From assembly GCA_945835425.1 (NCBI GenBank), contig CAMAJC010000001.1, positions 1 through 25,121 on the forward strand: 25,121 bases of DNA, given 5' to 3'. The position numbers and the translations under genes were made by a program. Positions 7,684 through 17,918 of the stretch are shown one piece after another. The stretch's first letter is position 1. Every line of letters starts with the position of its first letter. The notes below the pieces were generated by a model. It was not told the origin of the DNA and made no database searches. It saw only the letters and a program-made list of their open reading frames with translations. Source of the stretch: an uncultured Clostridia bacterium (GTDB lineage Bacteria > Bacillota > Clostridia > Oscillospirales > Ruminococcaceae).

Positions 7684-8541
7684 TCATTTCTCGATATCGC
7701 GGTGGCTGATGCGGACGTTGAAGCCCTTCGCCGCCAGATCCTCATAGAGGTACTCGGCAAAGGTCACGCTGCGGTGATGGCCGCCGGTGCAGCCGACCGC
7801 AATCATCAGCTGGGTCTTTCCTTCCTTCTGGTAGAGCGGAACCAGAAACTCCACCAATTCCTTGAGCTTGCGGAGCAGCTCGACCGACTCCGGCGCGTTC
7901 ATCACATAATCCCGCACCGGCTGCTCCAGACCGGTATGGTCCTTCAGGGTCGGGACATAAAACGGGTTCGGCAGGCAGCGGACGTCAAAAACAAGGTCGG
8001 CCTCGCTCGGCAGGCCGTGCTTGAACCCAAAGGACATGACGCCGACCAGCATCGCGCTGCGGATATCGGTGGCAAAGATCGCGTTCAGCCGTTTCCGCAG
8101 TTCGGACGCCGACATGCAGGTCGTGTCGATCACATAGTCTGCCCGTTCCTTCGCCTCAGTCAGCGCCATCCGTTCAGCCGCAATCTGCGCCGAAAGTCCG
8201 CCCGGCACCGAATCGGCCAGCGGATGACGGCGGCGCGTCTCTTTATACCGCCGGATCAGCTCGGTATTGGACGCGTCCAGAAACAGCATTTTATAGGAAA
8301 GCCCTTCGTCCTTCATGGCGTCCATCTCACGGAACAGCCCGTAAAACATATCGCCGCCGCGCATATCCGTCACCACGGCAATCCGGTCCAGTTTTCCGCC
8401 TGCCGCCAGCGAAATATCCGCTATCCGACCGATCAGCTGAGGCGGCATATTGTCCACGCAGTAAAAACCAATGTCCTCCAGCGCGTCCATTGCCCGGGAT
8501 TTTCCCGCCCCGGACATCCCCGTTACAATCAAAAAATCCAT
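7684..8541 (-). CDS. rapZ: RapZ/YvcJ P-loop nucleotide-binding protein (285 aa)
   Basis: GMSGAGKS Walker A, LEDIGFYCVDNMPP, SFGFKHG, DVRCLPNPFY, IAVGCTGGHHRSV. Confidence 0.95.
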   Translation of the reverse strand: MDFLIVTGMSGAGKSRAMDALEDIGFYCVDNMPPQLIGRIADISLAAGGKLDRIAVVTDMRGGDMFYGLFREMDAMKDEGLSYKMLFLDASNTELIRRYKETRRRHPLADSVPGGLSAQIAAERMALTEAKERADYVIDTTCMSASELRKRLNAIFATDIRSAMLVGVMSFGFKHGLPSEADLVFDVRCLPNPFYVPTLKDHTGLEQPVRDYVMNAPESVELLRKLKELVEFLVPLYQKEGKTQLMIAVGCTGGHHRSVTFAEYLYEDLAAKGFNVRISHRDIEK

Positions 8542-8554
8542 CTTCCCCACCTCT

Positions 8555-8866
8555 TCCAGCTTTTTGAAAAAAGCTGGGCAAAAACTTTCTTGTCCGCGAT
8601 GATCGGCCGCGTACCGACGGCCTCGTTCGTACTTAAACCGGCGTGAGCGAACGCGCCGGGAAGGTGGTACTGTCAAAAGCTTTGTTTTTCAGCCAGACGA
8701 AACTATTCCTGTTCAGCGCGTACGACAATTACCCAGCTACCCGGCGCGTTCAGTCAGTTAAAGACCATTACGAACGAGCGGATGGCGTAGCCGGAGCGAA
8801 CGTCGCGAACAGGAAAGTTTTTGATGCTGTCTGCAAGACAGCGCAGCTTCTTTTCAAAAAGCGGGA
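8555..8866. mobile_element. ~310-bp fold-back (MITE/REPIN-like) element
   Basis: Nested inverted repeats: 8555..8577/8843..8866, 8581..8599/8803..8821, 8622..8631/8769..8778 (perfect), 8649..8660/8740..8751 (perfect). Fills the murB-rapZ gap. Mobility is inferred, not shown. Confidence 0.65.
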
Positions 8867-8874
8867 CGTAACTC

Positions 8875-9786
8875 CTACATACCGAGCTTCCTTACTTCGG
8901 GCTCCAGGGTGAAACCGGTTTCGCGCTTGACGGTTTGCTGGACCTGGGCAATGAGGGCTTCGATGTCGGCGCAGGTGGCCTTGCCGAGGTTGACGATAAA
9001 ACCGGCGTGCTTTTCGCTGACGCAGGCGTCGCCGACCCGTGCGCCTTTCAGGCCGCACTGCTCGATCAGTGCGCCCGCAAAGGCTCCCTCAGGGCGCTTG
9101 AAGGTCGAACCGGCGCTGGGGTATTCCAGCGGCTGCTTTTCCCGACGCTTGCCGAGAAGCTCCACCATCCGCTCGCCGATCGCTTCCCGGTTCCCCTTTT
9201 TCAGGCCGAAAGCGGCGCGGACGATGCACCAGTCCGGATGCGCGGAAAAAACGCTCTGCCGGTAAGAGAGCGCCAGTTCATCCCGCTCCAGCCGGTGGAG
9301 ATTCCCTTCTGCGTCCAGATATTCCGCCCAGAGGATCACATCCCGCAGTTCGCCGCCGTAGGCTCCGGCGTTCATATACACACCGCCGCCGACCGTTCCG
9401 GGAATGCCGAACGCAAATTCCAGTCCCGTCAGGCTTTCCGCTTCTGCCGCGCGGCAGAGGGAGTTCATTCCCACGCCTGCGTCGGCAATGATGGTGTTCC
9501 CCACCGTCTCCAGCCCGGACAGTCCCCAGGTGAAGACAACGACGCCGTCCAGCCCGTTGTCCGATACCAGCAGGTTGGAACCTCTGCCGACGAACCAGAC
9601 CGGCGCGATTTCATGCTCATGCAGATACTGCAAAAGCACTTTCAGTTCCTCCACAGACGACGGCAGCGCCGAAAAACGCGCCTTTCCGCCGACCCGAAAG
9701 GTCGTATAATCCCGCATCGGCGTATCCTTCCGGCAGGAAATCTCGTGCTGCTGACAAAACAGCGTCAGCGGTTCCAGAAATGACAT
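8875..9786 (-). CDS. murB: UDP-N-acetylmuramate dehydrogenase (303 aa)
   Basis: TTFRVGG, VGRGSNLLV, GIPGTVGGGVYMNAGAYG, QPLEYPSAGSTFKRP, VSEKHAGFIVN, LEPEV; RBS GGAGG. Confidence 0.97.
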   Translation of the reverse strand: MSFLEPLTLFCQQHEISCRKDTPMRDYTTFRVGGKARFSALPSSVEELKVLLQYLHEHEIAPVWFVGRGSNLLVSDNGLDGVVVFTWGLSGLETVGNTIIADAGVGMNSLCRAAEAESLTGLEFAFGIPGTVGGGVYMNAGAYGGELRDVILWAEYLDAEGNLHRLERDELALSYRQSVFSAHPDWCIVRAAFGLKKGNREAIGERMVELLGKRREKQPLEYPSAGSTFKRPEGAFAGALIEQCGLKGARVGDACVSEKHAGFIVNLGKATCADIEALIAQVQQTVKRETGFTLEPEVRKLGM

Positions 9787-9826
9787 GAACATGGACCTCC
9801 AAAGATACTCTTTCTGTATCACAACA

Positions 9827-9849
9827 CGGCGGGATGAATCATCCCGCCG
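9827..9849. repeat. REP-like hairpin lacking the GTAG foot
   Basis: CGGCGGGATG-aat-CATCCCGCCG has the same stem as the 11547 REP but a different loop and no CTAC/GTAG. Confidence 0.5.
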
Positions 9850-9888
9850 CATGATACCACTATGGAACTTCTGATAAGCAAAAAGGAA

Positions 9889-9964
9889 TTATTCGTGCAG
9901 CTTCCACAGCATGGCAGCGCCGATGGTGCCTGCGTCGTTGCCCAGTTTGCAGACATCCAGACGG
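9889..9964 (-). pseudogene. Orphan duplicate of the last 24 codons plus stop of the ROK gene
   Basis: 73/76 nt identical to 10132..10207; all three differences are synonymous (RLDVCKLGNDAGTIGAAMLWKLHE*). Confidence 0.9.
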
Positions 9965-10131
9965 GCGGTCACGGACCGCTTTTTTTCGCCGCGACCTGAC
10001 TTTCCCGCACTAACCTGCACAGGACTGCTCGATACCTCGCAGTCTTCGCAACCGGCATCAACGCTCGACAACATTGCGCCTGTTGTCAAATACTGCCAAC
10101 GGATTCTCCCGGCACAATTTGATTCAATGGC

Positions 10132-11088
10132 TTATTCGTGCAGCTTCCACAGCATGGCAGCGCCGATAGTGCCCGCGTCGTTGCCCAGTTTGCAGACGTC
10201 CAGACGGCAGGTGGGCTGTCCTTCGATGGAGTACGCTTCCTTTTCGATGTACGCGCGCAGAGGAGCAAGCAGGGTCTCGCCTTCCTTGCAGATGCCGCCG
10301 CCGATCAGCAGGACTTCCGGCTGGAAGATGTTGATGTAGTTGGTCAGGCCTGCGCCCAGATAGTTCTGATAAGTATCGACGACTTCGATTGCTGCGGGGT
10401 CGCCTGCACGCATGCCGTCATAAGCGGTCTTGCCGTTGACAGCGTCCAGAGTGGGCGCGATCTTCCACATAGCGGATTCGGGATGCGCCTCCATGGCCTC
10501 CTTGGTCATGTTGATCAGGCCGGTCGCGGAAGCATACGCCTCGATGCAGCCTTTTCTGCCGCAGGTGCACTGTCTGCCGCCGTATTCGACGACCATATGG
10601 CCCAGCTCGCCCGCGAAGCCGTTGAAGCCGGTGTAGATCTTGCCGTCGATGATAATGCCGCCGCCGACGCCGGTGCCCAGGGTGATAACGACGACGTCCT
10701 GATAGCCTGCTGCTGCGCCGGCCAGAACTTCGCCGTAAGCGGCGACGTTGGCGTCATTTTCCAGATAAACAGAGGTGTGCAGGCGGTCTTCCAGATATTT
10801 GCCCAGAGGGGTGTTGCGGAAACCGAGGTTGTTGGCGTAAACGACGATGCCGTTCTTCGCGTCGACCGCGCCGGGAGTGCCGACGCCGACTGCGGAGATG
10901 TCAGCGATGGTCAGGTTCAGTTCTTCCATCGCCATGGAAGCAGCCTTTGCGATGCGGTCTGCCAGACCCTCATCGTTGCCGTCGACCTCAGAGGGGACGC
11001 TTGCCTTGGCCAGAATATTGTAATTTTCGTCTACGACGCCAGCTTTGATAAAGGTGCCGCCCAAATCAATGCCTACATAGTATTTCAT
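10132..11088 (-). CDS. glcK: ROK family glucokinase (318 aa)
   Basis: GIDLGGT, ENDANVAA, ITLGTGVGGG, GELGHM, Zn motif CTCGRKGCIEAYAS; RBS GAAAGGAA. Substrate is inferred from family. Confidence 0.9.
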   Translation of the reverse strand: MKYYVGIDLGGTFIKAGVVDENYNILAKASVPSEVDGNDEGLADRIAKAASMAMEELNLTIADISAVGVGTPGAVDAKNGIVVYANNLGFRNTPLGKYLEDRLHTSVYLENDANVAAYGEVLAGAAAGYQDVVVITLGTGVGGGIIIDGKIYTGFNGFAGELGHMVVEYGGRQCTCGRKGCIEAYASATGLINMTKEAMEAHPESAMWKIAPTLDAVNGKTAYDGMRAGDPAAIEVVDTYQNYLGAGLTNYINIFQPEVLLIGGGICKEGETLLAPLRAYIEKEAYSIEGQPTCRLDVCKLGNDAGTIGAAMLWKLHE

Positions 11089-11153
11089 AAAGTCCGTTCC
11101 TTTCTGCGGATGCCCGCTGTCCGAAAACTGATTTTTCGGAGTTATTTTCTTAT

Positions 11154-11182
11154 AGTATATCACATGGCAGCTTTTATTTCAA
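11154..11182 (-). promoter_or_regulatory. sigmaA promoter of the ROK gene
   Basis: Minus strand TTGAAA-17-TATACT with extended TGa. Confidence 0.75.
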
Positions 11183-11310
11183 CCGTCATATGTGAAAGAA
11201 ATAACGCGGATTTTTCTACAGTTCCCGAAATGGTCTTTTGCCCGCCTGCGGCGGCCAAAAGCCGGCGGACCGTTCGCTTTTTTCAACCGTCATATGCGAA
11301 AGAAAAAACG
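11177..11310. repeat. 30-nt direct repeat pair, period 104
   Basis: TTTCAACCGTCATATGTGAAAGAAATAACG (11177..11206) vs TTTCAACCGTCATATGCGAAAGAAAAAACG (11281..11310), 28/30 identical, with partial extension GATTTTTC..ACAG. Confidence 0.85.
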
Positions 11311-11348
11311 TTGATTTTTCACAGGCTGTCGAAAAAGTCGGAAATAAG

Positions 11349-11537
11349 CCCTCTCAGTCAGCCTAACGGCAGTTTTCCGCAGGAAAACGCAGCTCGTCCC
11401 CAAAGTGGTAATGAGCCTCGCCGCTTAGCAGCAGCTGGCAAAGACGGAAAGCTTCACAAATGCCGGTCAATCCTGCATCTACCCGAATGTTGCCAAGGCC
11501 TCTCCTTTTGGGAGAGGTGGCCGTAGGCCGGAGAGGG
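11349..11537. repeat. 189-bp palindromic intergenic element with CCCTCTC...GAGAGGG ends
   Basis: Terminal inverted CCCTCTC/GAGAGGG; internal hairpins GTTTTCC/GGAAAAC (11372..11388), TGGCAA/TTGCCA and CCTCTCC/GGAGAGG (11499..11517). Confidence 0.65.
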
Positions 11538-11546
11538 TGGGAAAAA

Positions 11547-11629
11547 CGGCGGGATGAGGGCATCCCGCCCTACCGTATATTCATACGTCCACTTTTACAT
11601 CAGTAGGGTGGGATGCCCTCATCCCACCG
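11547..11629. repeat. Inverted REP doublet (REPIN-like)
   Basis: Two 27-nt GTAG-REPs in opposite orientation (11547..11573, 11603..11629), GTAG feet facing inward, 29-nt spacer. Confidence 0.85.
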
Positions 11630-11767
11630 CGGTAATCGCAAAGCTATCCGGTAAGGACATACCGCTTGCAATTTACGCTTTTTCCAAAACAGCAGCTTTT
11701 TAGTCAGGTAAATGCTTCTGCATAAGCGTATTGGTTTATATTTTTACTCATCCTATTTTTGAACAGC

Positions 11768-14869
<3,102 letters not shown>

Positions 14870-14877
14870 TCATCTCC

Positions 14878-14905
14878 ATATTACCATATTTATGGCAAAA
14901 AGCAA
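14878..14905 (-). promoter_or_regulatory. Possible lacZ promoter
   Basis: Minus strand TTGCTT-16-TAATAT with extended TGg. Confidence 0.4.
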
Positions 14906-15049
14906 GAAGAAACAGATGAATTTTCTGCAAATGCCGGCCGAAAACGCACTATACTATTTGTATAATCCAAATGCCGCAAAATTGAAAATATCCACAGTTT
15001 TTCTCCAGTTTTTTAAAAGTACAATCTTTGAACATATAAAAATCACGTT

Positions 15050-15110
15050 TGTTACATTCAGCGAAACAAAATGTTACTATGACGTAACAGACCGTTTCAC
15101 AAGCTGTTAC
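15050..15110. promoter_or_regulatory. Phased TGTTAC repeats, WalR-half-site-like
   Basis: TGTTAC at 15050, 15072 and 15105 (offsets 22 and 33); TGTTAC-N5-CGTAAC at 15072..15088, which is also the palindrome TGTTAC-N6-GTAACA. Confidence 0.4.
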
Positions 15111-15190
15111 ATTTAAAATTAACACGCTGTAAATTCTTATTTTGCTAAGAAAGGTAGTCAAAATATACAAAAACCATTTCTCCGGTTCAT

Positions 15191-15219
15191 TTGACAGTTT
15201 CTGTGATTCCAGCTAAAAT
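15191..15219 (+). promoter_or_regulatory. sigmaA promoter of the G5/3D gene
   Basis: TTGACA-17-TAAAAT; predicted start about 15226. Confidence 0.85.
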
Positions 15220-15225
15220 ATAGGC

Positions 15226-15320
15226 AACGGTCGAGGAGTATGAGTTGCAGACGCTCCCCGTCGGGTTTTGGATGTCTGAGCGCGTTCGGTGGCTGCCGGA
15301 TGATATCTAAGACAACCGTT
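15226..15320 (+). ncRNA. Candidate structured cis-regulatory leader RNA (riboswitch-like)
   Basis: Closing stem AACGGT/ACCGTT starts at the predicted +1; internal GGAGT/GCTCC; loop CAGAC can pair with GTCTG (15274..15278). Family not identified. Confidence 0.55.
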
Positions 15321-15391
15321 CTGTCACGGAATGGTAAAAATTTTTGAGCGGCGGGTTTCGGCCCGTTAATCAGAAAGGAAGAACACATAAC

Positions 15392-16450
15392 GTGAAGAGA
15401 CTAATATCCAAAATTTCCGGAATGATCTGCGTCATGTTTGCCGGCGTCCTGATGATGAACGTCATGGACGGCGCGGCGGAAACACAATATCTTTTTTATA
15501 TTCAGGACAGCGGTGAGACAGAACTGATTTACTCCGCCACTGGTTCTGTGGAAAAAGCAATGCAGCAGGCCGGAAAGGTTCTGTATGAAGACGATTTCTA
15601 TACGGTGGAAAATACCAGCCGCGATGTTTATACAGTCACGATCACCCGTGCTGATTCCTGCATCGTCGAGGCGGACGGTGAACGGACGCCGGTTTCTTTC
15701 CGCCCTGAGGAGACGACTGTCGGCGAGGTTCTGGCAGAAGCCGGTGTTACGGTCGGTGAAAACGACCTGGTTTCGCTTGGCCTGGACGAACTGGTCAAAG
15801 ACGGTGAAACGATCCGCGTCTCCCGTGTAACGTACGAAAATTATCTGACTGACGAAGTAATCGACTGGCAGTATGATTTTGAGCCGACCCGTTATCTGCG
15901 GGAAGGTGTGATGAAGGTCTTCGCCCAGGGCGACGACGGCGCGAAAACAGTTGAACACCGCAGGACATATGTGGACGGACAGCTGGTCAGCGACGAGGTC
16001 GTAGGCGAGACGGTAACCAAAGCGGTCACCAATGGCCGTGCACAGATCGGCGACAAGGATGCGCCGGTTGATTATCTGGAAGAACCCGAATGGCTGACAT
16101 TTGATGAAAATGGGGTTCCGCAGCAGGCTGTGAAAGTCATATCAGGCCTCGGAACTGCATATACAACAACTGAAGGCGTTTACGGAGCCACCGGCCGGTA
16201 CCTGTCGGAAGGGTATGTAGCGGTTGATCCGAGTATCATCCCTTACGGTACCAAGCTTTACATCAAGACCAAGGACGGTTCTTGGGACTATGGCTATGCC
16301 ATTGCCGCGGACACTGGCGGCGCGATGCTCTCCGGACGGATTCTGGTCGACCAGTATATGAATTCTTACAACACCTGTATGCAGTATGGCGTACGCGAAG
16401 TGGACATCTATGTGTTGGAAGACCTGGATGCCCATGCTGAAATTGACTGA
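15392..16450 (+). CDS. YabE-like cell-wall protein: DUF348 + G5 + 3D domain (352 aa)
   Basis: N-terminal signal/TM; DUF348-like TVGEVLAEAGV; G5 repeat; 3D aspartates in AVDPSIIPYGT, AADTGG and LVDQY. GTG start with RBS AGAAAGGA. Confidence 0.88.
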   Translation: MKRLISKISGMICVMFAGVLMMNVMDGAAETQYLFYIQDSGETELIYSATGSVEKAMQQAGKVLYEDDFYTVENTSRDVYTVTITRADSCIVEADGERTPVSFRPEETTVGEVLAEAGVTVGENDLVSLGLDELVKDGETIRVSRVTYENYLTDEVIDWQYDFEPTRYLREGVMKVFAQGDDGAKTVEHRRTYVDGQLVSDEVVGETVTKAVTNGRAQIGDKDAPVDYLEEPEWLTFDENGVPQQAVKVISGLGTAYTTTEGVYGATGRYLSEGYVAVDPSIIPYGTKLYIKTKDGSWDYGYAIAADTGGAMLSGRILVDQYMNSYNTCMQYGVREVDIYVLEDLDAHAEID

Positions 16451-16475
16451 CATCTCCCCCATAAATATTTCCCGG

Positions 16476-16512
16476 AAAAACGGACATCTGGATTATCAGA
16501 TGTCCGTTTTTT
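16476..16512 (+). terminator. Rho-independent terminator
   Basis: AAAAACGGACATCTG-gattat-CAGATGTCCGTTTTT(T), a 15-bp perfect inverted repeat. Confidence 0.9.
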
Positions 16513-16580
16513 CCGCCCAAAAACTTTTCTTCCATATAATAGGGCACGGATTGGTGTAAAAATATGGATATTCGACAAAG

Positions 16581-16653
16581 TTTACATCTGCTTAACACTT
16601 TCCGAGCCCTAAATATGTTACAATTTAGATACGAATTGTAATCGATTTGCAAT
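16581..16653. promoter_or_regulatory. WalR-like direct-repeat boxes
   Basis: Minus strand TGTTAA-GCAGA-TGTAAA (16581..16597) matches TGTWAH-N5-TGTWAH exactly; plus strand TGTAAT-CGATT-TGCAAT (16637..16653) has one mismatch. Confidence 0.45.
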
Positions 16654-16699
16654 CTTTTGCGGTTTGAAAACATTTTTTGCGGATAATTGTGATTATGCC

Positions 16700-16728
16700 T
16701 TGATTTTTTGTCAGATATGCTGTATAAT
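16700..16728 (+). promoter_or_regulatory. sigmaA promoter of the cdaR-like gene
   Basis: TTGATT-17-TATAAT. Confidence 0.75.
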
Positions 16729-16821
16729 TAGAGCAGATTCTTATGTGATTTGTCAGGCAGAGGGTGAAACGCACTGCCGGCAGCTCAAATCGAATAAACA
16801 AGGGTAAAGGGGTAAAAAACT

Positions 16822-17907
16822 ATGTCAAACCGGCTTTTCCAGGGCGTTGTCCATCAGATGCGCGATGCGATTGACCGCGTGATCGGCGTAATTGACGAGA
16901 ATGCATCCATCATCGCCTGCAGCGAACTTTCCAAAATCGGTACGACCGGGGATTACTACTCGGTGGATTTTGGCGAATCTCACGACCTTTTTGTGCGCGA
17001 CGGCTATACCTATAAGCCCTTCGGCCCGCATATCAAGGCGGACTACGCGGTGTTCGTAGAGGGCACCGACGAGCTCGCAGGGCAGTACGCACAGATTCTG
17101 GCGATCTCCCTGTCCAGCATCAAGCAGTATTATGACGAAAAATACGACCGCAACAACTTCATCAAAAACGTTGTCCTGGACAACATCCTCCCGGGCGATA
17201 TCTTCACCAAGGCGAAGGAGCTCCACTTCAACGTGGACGTCACCCGCGTTGCGCTGCTGGTCCGCGTGGTTTCCACCAACGACGTTTCCGCTTACGATGT
17301 TATCCAGAATCTCTTCCCGGATAAGCAGAAGGACTTTGTCTTCAATATCAGTGAAAGCGATATCGTCCTGATCAAGGAGATCAAGGCCGGCATCGATTCC
17401 AAGGACCTGGAGAAGCTGGCCCGTTCGATCGTCGACACCCTCAGCTCTGAGTTTTATACCAAAGCGATCGTCGGCATCGGCACCAGCGTCGTCGGCATCA
17501 AGGACCTGGCTCGTTCCTTCAAGGAAGCGCAGGTCGCTCTGGAAGTCGGCAAGGTATTTGATACCGACCAGTCGATTGTCAGCTATGACAATCTGGGCAT
17601 TGCCCGCCTGATCTATCAGCTGCCGACCACCCTCTGCGAAACCTTCCTCAAAGAGGTATTCAAAACCGGTTCGATCGATTCTCTCGACCATGAGACCCTC
17701 TTCACGATTCACAAATTCTTTGAGAACAACCTGAATGTCTCGGAGACCTCGAGAAAGCTGTTCGTGCACCGCAATACGCTTGTTTACAGACTGGAGAAGA
17801 TCAAAAAGCTCACCGGTCTGGATCTGCGCGAATTTGACCATGCGATCATCTTCAAGATTGCCCTGATGGTCAAGAAATACCTGAATTCGAGCCCCACAAA
17901 GTTCTGA
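16822..17907 (+). CDS. CdaR/PucR-family transcriptional regulator
   Basis: N-terminal sensor region, degenerate GGDEF-like middle (IVGIGT...LARSFKEA) and C-terminal HTH FFENNLNVSETSRKLFVHRNTLVYRLEKI. Confidence 0.88.
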   Translation: MSNRLFQGVVHQMRDAIDRVIGVIDENASIIACSELSKIGTTGDYYSVDFGESHDLFVRDGYTYKPFGPHIKADYAVFVEGTDELAGQYAQILAISLSSIKQYYDEKYDRNNFIKNVVLDNILPGDIFTKAKELHFNVDVTRVALLVRVVSTNDVSAYDVIQNLFPDKQKDFVFNISESDIVLIKEIKAGIDSKDLEKLARSIVDTLSSEFYTKAIVGIGTSVVGIKDLARSFKEAQVALEVGKVFDTDQSIVSYDNLGIARLIYQLPTTLCETFLKEVFKTGSIDSLDHETLFTIHKFFENNLNVSETSRKLFVHRNTLVYRLEKIKKLTGLDLREFDHAIIFKIALMVKKYLNSSPTKF

Positions 17908-17918
17908 TGGAATGTCTG

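Noticed and set aside
9889-10089. 66-aa ORF ending in the duplicated ROK tail as a real protein
   Set aside because: No convincing RBS, and its N-terminal part is just the spacer read in frame; treated as a fragment.
9889-10207. Repeat pair as a diversity-generating retroelement TR/VR
   Set aside because: The three differences are not adenine-specific on either strand, all are silent, and there is no reverse transcriptase in the window.
8555-11629. CRISPR array or autonomous IS among the repeats
   Set aside because: There is no regularly spaced repeat-spacer series, no cas gene and no transposase ORF.
15226-15320. Assignment as a c-di-AMP (ydaO), c-di-GMP, SAM or ZTP riboswitch
   Set aside because: I could not find the conserved sequence elements of these families as I remember them; left unassigned pending cmscan.
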